Part shown: piece by piece, positions 57,522 through 64,000 of the stretch
How positions within the stretch are numbered: the first letter of the stretch is position 1
Layout of the letters: each line of letters begins with the position of its first letter
From: Candidatus Margulisiibacteriota bacterium
GTDB taxonomy: Bacteria; Margulisbacteria; Marinamargulisbacteria; JBFWNS01
Length of the DNA stretch: 64,000 bases
Direction: 5' to 3'
NCBI GenBank assembly: GCA_050250935.1
Contig: JBFWNS010000006.1
Coordinates: 1-64,000 of the forward strand
Position numbers and translations under genes: made by a program
Notes under the pieces: generated by a model
Seen by the model: only the letters and a program-made list of their open reading frames with translations
What the model was told of the DNA's origin: nothing
The model's database searches: none

Positions 57522-58637
57522 CTATCGAATCGCAGTGCTATACGAGCCCAATCCAAACACCAAAGAAGCCAACAATTGATCGTCTTTGCTGTAATAATCC
57601 TTCGTGAATTGAATTCGGAATTTTGTGGCATCGTTAAGGGTTTTGGTGGTGATTAAGGAAACAGACTTGTGGGCGGTTTTGTCTTTGGCCGATTCGCTGA
57701 TGTCCAGCCGAAGCCCAGCCTCAAAAATAGGGCTGAATTTATAGGCAAAATAGGTGTAGGCACCCCAGTTTCGAAGGGTGGTGTCGTTCCAGTCTCGGTT
57801 TAAAAAGAGCAATTCGGACTGCCAGAGCATGCCCCCGTCTTTTGCCCAATTTTTAAAGGTCATATCCAGTCCGTAAACGGTGGCTTTGTCTTGGACCACT
57901 TTAAAGTCTGTGCCACTGCCCATCAGGACACTACTGCCCAGTTCCAGTTCAGTATCACGGGAGAGGTTCAAGATGGTGTTCAGTCGTGCCGAGCCTAGCC
58001 AGTCGGTAAAGGCAAAAGACTCGCCAATGGTTGTTGGGGTTTCTGAAAAATTCCGCCAGGTGCCAATAGACAAATTCAGAGAAAAGGGGGTGGGGAGTTT
58101 GGTTTCAATCATCAGACCTTGTCCCACGGCTCCATCGTTACCCAAAAATTGGGTCATCACACTGGGTTTGGTTACCATGCCCCAGGATTCGGCATGTAGG
58201 GCATTTATTTTGCCAAAATCGATGCGTTTTTTACCCAATTTTGCCGATAAATTATCGGCCAGAAACGGCGATGGAAAGGTGATGTAGGCTTCTTCGATGG
58301 CGATTTGGCTGGTCCCATTGGTTTGGGGCGTCAGCGAAAGAAAGGCATCGCCCCGAAGTTCAGAGGCCAGGGTTCCTTGAACACCGATTTCCAAACTTTT
58401 TAACAAAATCCCGCTTTGGTCTTTGCGGGCTTCGTTTTGAAAAACCGATCCCTGCACCAGTCCAATCAGGCTAAGGTCTGGTGCTTTGATGGTCTTGGTG
58501 GGCGTTATTTTTTGAACATCCACAGGCATTCTGGATTCTAAGGCCTTAAAAAAAGAGGTTTTTTCTTCGGTTTGAGCCCACAAAAGCGCAGGCGTAATCA
58601 GGGTTATCAGTAAACCCAATACTGCAGTTTTTTTCAT
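57522..58637 (-). CDS. Outer-membrane porin resembling metal (Zn)-regulated beta-barrels
   Basis: Signal peptide; IEEAYITF...AKLGKKRIDFGKINALH...W...P motif; amphipathic strands. Confidence 0.6.
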   Translation of the reverse strand: MKKTAVLGLLITLITPALLWAQTEEKTSFFKALESRMPVDVQKITPTKTIKAPDLSLIGLVQGSVFQNEARKDQSGILLKSLEIGVQGTLASELRGDAFLSLTPQTNGTSQIAIEEAYITFPSPFLADNLSAKLGKKRIDFGKINALHAESWGMVTKPSVMTQFLGNDGAVGQGLMIETKLPTPFSLNLSIGTWRNFSETPTTIGESFAFTDWLGSARLNTILNLSRDTELELGSSVLMGSGTDFKVVQDKATVYGLDMTFKNWAKDGGMLWQSELLFLNRDWNDTTLRNWGAYTYFAYKFSPIFEAGLRLDISESAKDKTAHKSVSLITTKTLNDATKFRIQFTKDYYSKDDQLLASLVFGLGSYSTAIR

Positions 58638-58651
58638 GATGGTCTCCTTAT

Positions 58652-61600
58652 TTAAGGCTTTTTGAAGGTTAAAATCCGATACACACAGGGTACCACAAAA
58701 AGGGTCAGCAAGGTGGATACGGTGACCCCTCCAATCACGGATAAGGCCATGGGAACCCGGCTTTCTGCCCCAGGTCCTAAGGCCAAGGCAGCGGGCAAGG
58801 CACCGGTGATGGTGGCCAACGAAGTCATTAAAATGGGGCGTAGTCGTAAAGGACAGGCCTCGAGCAGTGCGTCGCTAACCGAAAGGCCAGATTCTCGTTT
58901 TTGATTGGTAAAGTCCACCAATAAAATCCCGTTTTTAAGGACAATCCCTAAGACCAGCATAATTCCAATCAAACTAAAAATGTTCAGGGATTGGTTGTTC
59001 ATTAATAAGGCCACAAAGACCCCAGAAATGCTAAAGGGCAGGGCAAAAAAGATAATGAACGGATACAAGAAGCTGTTAAATTGCGATGCCAACACCATGT
59101 AGGCCACACAAAGACCCAACCCCATGGCCAATAAAATGCCCCCAAACGAATCGTTAAAGGATTCTGAACTGCCACTGAATTGGGCATAATAGCCTTTGGG
59201 CAAAGTGGCTTTTGCCAGCCGTTGAACCTCTGCAAGGGCTGCTGCCTGGGATTTTCCAGGGGCAATGTTGGCCGATAAGGTGATGGCCCGTTCTCGGTTT
59301 TCTCGGGTAATCTGCTGAAGGATTTTTTTCTCTTTAAGGGTCACCACTTTGCCAATCGAGACCAGTTCGCCCCGGTTGTTGCGAACATAGAGGTTGTTGA
59401 TGTCTTCAGGGGTGTTTCGGAACCCATCTTGAAGCCGAACCCGAATATCGAGTCGGGTGGTTCCTTTGGTAAATTGTCCGGCCACGGCCCCACCAATCAT
59501 GGTTTGAATGACCTTGTTGATTTCAGAGACATTGACGCCCATTTTTTCGGCTTGTTCACGGTTGGGAATGATTTGAATTTCGGGGAGACCTTCCAAATAG
59601 TCCGAATCTACGTCCGTCATCAGACCGCTGGCGGCCATTTTGGCTTGGAGTTTTTCGGCGCTGGCGGCCAGTGTTTTCCATTCTGGGCCTTTAACACTCA
59701 CCTCGACAGGGAAACCTTTGCGTTCCATGAATCCGCGGTTGGAGTTGTCTTTAACCAGGACTTTAATGCCTTTGATGGTTTTGAATTTGGCCCGTAATTC
59801 GTCGGCGATTTCGCGTTGGGTATAGCGTTTGCCGGTTTGGGGGTTGATGGGTCGTTCGTTTTTGTTTTTGAGCTGAATAAAGCCCCGTCCTGCATTCACG
59901 TCGGTACCGCCGATGGCACCCAAATAGGTTTCCATGCCTGGGGTTTTGGCCAAGACGGCCTCAACTTTGGCCAGGCGTTTGTCCATGATGTCGATGGAAA
60001 CCCCCAAGGGCGCTCGCATGACCAGGGAAATTCGACCGGTATCTTGATAGGGCATAAATTCTTGGGGCAAAAATTGGGTCAGTTGTGTGCTGGCTGCAAA
60101 CAACACCACGGCTAAGGCTAAGGTTATAAAGGGATGCTTGAGAACCCCGGCTAGACCCCGTTTGTAGCCTTTTGCTAGCGCCTGCATGCCGGTGTCCAGG
60201 GCAGCGGTTAGCCAGTTGGTTTTGTGGTGGGTTCCCAACATTCTGGCGCAGCGCATGGGGGTCAAGGTTAAGGCTTCCACCATCGACAGGGCTACGGCAA
60301 CACTTAAGGTAAGCCCAAACTCAAACAAATAAGCCCCGATAATCCCTTTTACAAAAATAACGGGTAAGAAGATGGCAATCAGCGAGGCGCTGGTGGCTAC
60401 CACGGCCATGAAAATTTCTTGGGTCCCTTCGATGGCTGCTGTCATTTTGTCTTTGCCCATCTCTTGGTGGCGGGTAATGTTTTCCAGAATCATAATGGCA
60501 TCGTCCACGATAATGCCGATGGCCAAGGACAGACCCAACAGGGTGAAGGTGTTCAGGGTGAATCCGAAATAGCTGAGGGCCACAAATGTTCCTAAAATGG
60601 CCGTTGGAATGGCCAAGACCACATTGATTGTTGCGCCCAAAGACCCCAAAAACAACCAACAAACCAAAGAGGTTAAAATGGCCGAAAAAATCAAGGTGAA
60701 CATGGTTTCATGAATGGCATCGGCAATATAGGTGGTGGAATCAAAGGCAATGGCGAAGCGAATGTCCGAGCCATATTGGCCTTGAAGTTCTTTCATTCGG
60801 GCTTTAATGGCATCGCCAACCTCGACGGCATTGGAGCCTCGTTGCTTTTTAAAGCCAAGGCCGACACAAGGGGTTTGATTGACTCTGGCAATGCTGCGGT
60901 TGTTGGCCAATCCAAAATTAATCGAGGCGACTTGTCCCAGGGTTAATGTGGTGAAATTTAATGCCCCTCCCCGTTTAAGCAGGGGAAGTTCGCGAAATTC
61001 TGCCAGGGTCCTGGCTTCCCCATAGGTTCTGGCATTTTTTTCGAAGGTTTTGGCTTCGAGATGTCCCGCAGGCAATTCCACATGTTCTTGGCTGATGGCG
61101 GTTAAGATATCGGTGCTGGACAAATACAGTTTGTTTAAAGCAACGGGGTTTACATCCACCAGGAGATTGGGATCAATGAATCCCGCCAATTGAATATCGG
61201 CTACCCCAGAAATGGTGGAAAATTGGCCTTTGATTTTGTCCCGCACCATGGCCATGAGCTCTTCTCGGCTAAAGACGTTGGAGGCCAAGGTAATGTAAAT
61301 GATAGGCCGATCTTCGGGGTTGGTTTTGCTAATGATGGGGGGATCCATGTTTTTGGGCAAAGACCGTTGGGCTCTGGCCACAGCGGCTTGAATGTCTTGA
61401 ACGGCCACATCAATGTCGGTTCCCAGTTCAAATTCGGCGGTTACGGAAGCCCCTTGGGTTTTCGAGACCGAATACGTTCCTTTAATGCCTTGTACCGAGG
61501 CAATAGCACCTTCGATGACGTCCACCACCTGGGTTTCATTCAGTTCAGGAGAGGCCCCTTCCCAATTTAAATCGATGCTGACGACGGGGAAATCGACATC

Positions 61601-61714
61601 GGGAAACTCGCTAATGCCCAGTTGTCGAAAACAGAGGTATCCAAAAAAAACCAAAGCCACCATCATCATCCAGGTAAACACATGGCGTTTTACAAAAAAT
61701 GATACAAAATTCAC
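58652..61714 (-). CDS. RND efflux transporter (AcrB/AcrD/AcrF family)
   Basis: FPDVDFPVVS, GIIVDDAIMILENI, KNGILLVDF, RLRPILMTSLA. Confidence 0.95.
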   Translation of the reverse strand: MNFVSFFVKRHVFTWMMMVALVFFGYLCFRQLGISEFPDVDFPVVSIDLNWEGASPELNETQVVDVIEGAIASVQGIKGTYSVSKTQGASVTAEFELGTDIDVAVQDIQAAVARAQRSLPKNMDPPIISKTNPEDRPIIYITLASNVFSREELMAMVRDKIKGQFSTISGVADIQLAGFIDPNLLVDVNPVALNKLYLSSTDILTAISQEHVELPAGHLEAKTFEKNARTYGEARTLAEFRELPLLKRGGALNFTTLTLGQVASINFGLANNRSIARVNQTPCVGLGFKKQRGSNAVEVGDAIKARMKELQGQYGSDIRFAIAFDSTTYIADAIHETMFTLIFSAILTSLVCWLFLGSLGATINVVLAIPTAILGTFVALSYFGFTLNTFTLLGLSLAIGIIVDDAIMILENITRHQEMGKDKMTAAIEGTQEIFMAVVATSASLIAIFLPVIFVKGIIGAYLFEFGLTLSVAVALSMVEALTLTPMRCARMLGTHHKTNWLTAALDTGMQALAKGYKRGLAGVLKHPFITLALAVVLFAASTQLTQFLPQEFMPYQDTGRISLVMRAPLGVSIDIMDKRLAKVEAVLAKTPGMETYLGAIGGTDVNAGRGFIQLKNKNERPINPQTGKRYTQREIADELRAKFKTIKGIKVLVKDNSNRGFMERKGFPVEVSVKGPEWKTLAASAEKLQAKMAASGLMTDVDSDYLEGLPEIQIIPNREQAEKMGVNVSEINKVIQTMIGGAVAGQFTKGTTRLDIRVRLQDGFRNTPEDINNLYVRNNRGELVSIGKVVTLKEKKILQQITRENRERAITLSANIAPGKSQAAALAEVQRLAKATLPKGYYAQFSGSSESFNDSFGGILLAMGLGLCVAYMVLASQFNSFLYPFIIFFALPFSISGVFVALLMNNQSLNIFSLIGIMLVLGIVLKNGILLVDFTNQKRESGLSVSDALLEACPLRLRPILMTSLATITGALPAALALGPGAESRVPMALSVIGGVTVSTLLTLFVVPCVYRILTFKKP

Positions 61715-62961
61715 AAACTGTCTCCTGCGGCAATTTGAAGCTGAAGTTGGGCTTGATGGTCTTGAATCAGGGCGGTGTCTCGGGTCTGGAGGGCGTCATA
61801 GAGCATTCCCAAGGCTTGTAAAACATCGACATTGGTGACCAGTTTAAGCTCGTATTCCCCCAAAACAGAGCTGTAGTTTTTTTGCGCAATGGTTACAGCG
61901 GTTGAGGCCGACCGCTGAAGCGCTTTAAGGGATATATAGCTGCGATAGGCACGGTCAACATTGGATTGAACGGCGGTCTGGATGTTGGCCAAAACCAGTT
62001 TGTTTTCGCGAATAGAGGCTTCGAGGGCTGTTATTTTGGCGTTGTTTAGCCCGCCATCGATTAAAGGAAAGGCCATGCTGCCACCAATTTGCCAGGTGAA
62101 TCGGTCGATGGTGCTGTTTTTAATGTATTGGGGCACCAAAGAAAGCCCCAAATCGGGCAGGGGATTGGCCTGTTGAGCGGCCAGTTGTTCGGACAAGGCG
62201 TCGAGGGTGGCCTGTTGGGTTAAAAGGCTGGGGTGTCGTTTGGCTTTTTCTATCCATGCAGGTTTGGGTGCTGGTGTGGATGGTTTTGGTGAGTCAACCG
62301 ACACCGTGTCCGAAAATCCGGTCAAATAGGCCAATTGGGTGTGGGCGTCGTCGAGTTGCCGTTGGGTTTGGATCAGGGCAGTTTGAAGTTGTTGAAGCTG
62401 TAATTGGGTGGCCAAAACATCGGCTTGTCTGGACCGACCAATGGTGGCCCAGCTTTGCAATTGGGACAACCGTTTTTTAACCAGGGTTTCGATGGTGTGT
62501 TGATTGGCCAAGGTTTTTTCAAGCAAGATAATGTTAAAAAATGCCTCAGAAACCGTCGATAAAATCGACAGACGTTGTTGTTGGTCTGCACTTAAAATGC
62601 TGGCATAGCCATGTTCGGCTGCCGCAATTTGGTGTTTGTTTTTGGACCAAAGATCCACCAAAAGTCCTGCCGACAATCCCAGGGTAAAGGTGGTGTCTTC
62701 TTTGCCGGAAACCGAAGTTTGGGCATTGGTTCTGAGGCTAGAGGTTAGGCTGGCTTGAAACTGATTTTGGGCTTCAAGTTGCTGAACCGTGCTTTTTTGT
62801 TGGGTCAGTTGTTCTTGGGTTAGGGTCTTTTGGGCGTTTTTTTTCAAGGCTGCTTGGTAAGCTTCTGCTAATGTAACCGCCCCAAGATGGGTTTGAATCA
62901 GCCATCCAAGAACCAGACAAACGCCGGCTATTTGTCGTGTTTTTTGTGACATTTTTGGCAT
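61711..62961 (-). CDS. TolC-family outer membrane efflux protein
   Basis: TLAEAYQAALKKN, HPSL, PLIDGG, coiled helical repeats; start most likely 62961 or 62952. Confidence 0.8.
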   Translation of the reverse strand: MPKMSQKTRQIAGVCLVLGWLIQTHLGAVTLAEAYQAALKKNAQKTLTQEQLTQQKSTVQQLEAQNQFQASLTSSLRTNAQTSVSGKEDTTFTLGLSAGLLVDLWSKNKHQIAAAEHGYASILSADQQQRLSILSTVSEAFFNIILLEKTLANQHTIETLVKKRLSQLQSWATIGRSRQADVLATQLQLQQLQTALIQTQRQLDDAHTQLAYLTGFSDTVSVDSPKPSTPAPKPAWIEKAKRHPSLLTQQATLDALSEQLAAQQANPLPDLGLSLVPQYIKNSTIDRFTWQIGGSMAFPLIDGGLNNAKITALEASIRENKLVLANIQTAVQSNVDRAYRSYISLKALQRSASTAVTIAQKNYSSVLGEYELKLVTNVDVLQALGMLYDALQTRDTALIQDHQAQLQLQIAAGDSL

Positions 62962-63368
62962 TGCCCATAAATATGCAAAGACCGGTATTCGGGGTGAAAC
63001 TCGATGCGTTTGCACAGCTCTTCCAAATGGGCGGCGATGATGTCGTCTTTGATTTCCAAGATTTTGCCACAGGTGTTGCAGATCAGGTGGTCGTGTTCTT
63101 TGTTGCCAATTTTTCGTTCGTAATAGACCTTGCCATCTCGGGTTGAAATTTTTTGAAGCAGCCCTGCGTCCAACAATTGTTTGACGGTTCGATAGACGGT
63201 AGCCCGGGATAGCTTTTTGTTTTCGGTGTAGAGTCGGCTAATGAAGGCATCAATTTCAAAATGATGTTTAACCTTGAAAATTTCTTCTGCAATCAGCCGC
63301 TTTTGGGCGGTGTATCGCCCTTCGTGTGTGCTTAAAAACTCTTCGAAAATTTTGTGTGGGCTCTTCAT
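62928..63368 (-). CDS. Fur-family transcriptional regulator
   Basis: RYTAQKRLI, SRATVYRTV, HDHLICNTCG, GQCQKC. Confidence 0.93.
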   Translation of the reverse strand: MKSPHKIFEEFLSTHEGRYTAQKRLIAEEIFKVKHHFEIDAFISRLYTENKKLSRATVYRTVKQLLDAGLLQKISTRDGKVYYERKIGNKEHDHLICNTCGKILEIKDDIIAAHLEELCKRIEFHPEYRSLHIYGQCQKCHKKHDK

Positions 63369-63772
63369 CGGTGACGGTGACTGTGTTTTGCAATCGATGC
63401 AATGCCAATGTCAACGGTCAAGACGTGATCCACCAATTTGTCGATGCATTGTCGAATGTAAAACATCAACTTGGTATTTGGGATTTTGTCGTTGAAATAT
63501 TTGCGAAGCAAAGTCACCCGGGATCTGAAGATTTCGTGCTCCACGCGGTGGTGGTCCAGACCGTTGTACTTGTGCTTGCGCATCAGGTTTTCTTCTTCTT
63601 GGAAATGTTCAATCACATAGGCTTCGAGGAACACCACGATTTTTTCTATTTCGGTACGTGGGTCTTCGCCAAAAGCTTCGTCAAGCATCTTGGTGAGGGT
63701 AAACAGCTCACGGTGATGGTTGTCGATGGACTCGTTGCCGACTTCATATTCAGGGGACCAAAGCTTTTCCAT
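63365..63772 (-). CDS. Bacteriohemerythrin
   Basis: W...YEVGNESIDNHHRELF, EHFQEEENLM, HHRVEH, DHVLTVD di-iron ligand pattern. Confidence 0.9.
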   Translation of the reverse strand: MEKLWSPEYEVGNESIDNHHRELFTLTKMLDEAFGEDPRTEIEKIVVFLEAYVIEHFQEEENLMRKHKYNGLDHHRVEHEIFRSRVTLLRKYFNDKIPNTKLMFYIRQCIDKLVDHVLTVDIGIASIAKHSHRHR

Positions 63773-63782
63773 AGGGTCTTTG

Positions 63783-63811
63783 ACTTTATCCGGTTTTCAA
63801 ATCACTGTCAA
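63783..63811 (-). promoter_or_regulatory. Sigma70 promoter of the hemerythrin-fur operon
   Basis: Minus strand TTGACA (63811-63806), 17-bp spacer, TAAAGT (63788-63783). Confidence 0.55.
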
Positions 63812-63842
63812 AGAAAACCAAAACAGTGTTAAATAACACATC

Positions 63843-64000
63843 ATGAGCCGTTGGATGATTCCCTTTTCAATTTTTCTGTTAATGGGCATTGCCCTGCCGA
63901 TTCAAGCCCAAGATGGGGTGTTGGTTGCGGGGTTTACCGATTTTTTTTCCTTTGGAAAACCCAAAAAAGCAGAGGTGGTCGAGGTTAAAAAACCAAAACC
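63843..64000 (+). CDS. 5' end of an exported protein, truncated by the window end
   Basis: ATG at 63843 gives MSRWMIPFSIFLLMGIALPIQAQDG..., a signal peptide; frame stays open to the window end. Confidence 0.55.
   Translation, partial: MSRWMIPFSIFLLMGIALPIQAQDGVLVAGFTDFFSFGKPKKAEVVEVKKPK

Overview
A 64-kb bacterial chromosome segment that is mostly housekeeping: folP, nadC, tal, ahcY, hemB, hemL, a CIRCE-controlled hrcA-grpE-dnaK-dnaJ operon, metK, cinA/pncC-recA-rny-ymdB, lptB-lptF/G, lysS, yebC, xerC, udg, mltG, ssb, queA, gltX, tRNA-Val(GAC) and tRNA-Asp(GTC). The mix of Terrabacteria-type genes (rny, ymdB, HrcA/CIRCE, SLH domains) with outer-membrane machinery (Lpt, TolC, beta-barrels) suggests a diderm Terrabacterium, possibly Margulisbacteria/Saganbacteria-like (inference only). 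Most notable: (1) a candidate T9SS-like export system outside its usual phylum, made of a secreted repeat protein with a T9SS-CTD-like tail, a coupled PorV-like barrel fused to Ig and SLH domains, and a 1721-aa SprA-like barrel; (2) an orphan FliF-FliG-like fusion next to a TPR-SPOR gene, with no other flagellar genes in the window; (3) an AT-rich islet at tRNA-Val with split att-like remnants, a small ORF plus ClpP-like protease pair and a lytic enzyme with a possible immunity partner; (4) a FolK-TsaE fusion; (5) a sensor fusing a PP2C phosphatase and an RsbW-like kinase; (6) CCA-ending repeats downstream of tRNA-Asp; (7) a hemerythrin-Fur-TolC-RND-porin operon lacking a periplasmic adaptor. 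All family calls come from motif recognition by eye; no database searches were run.
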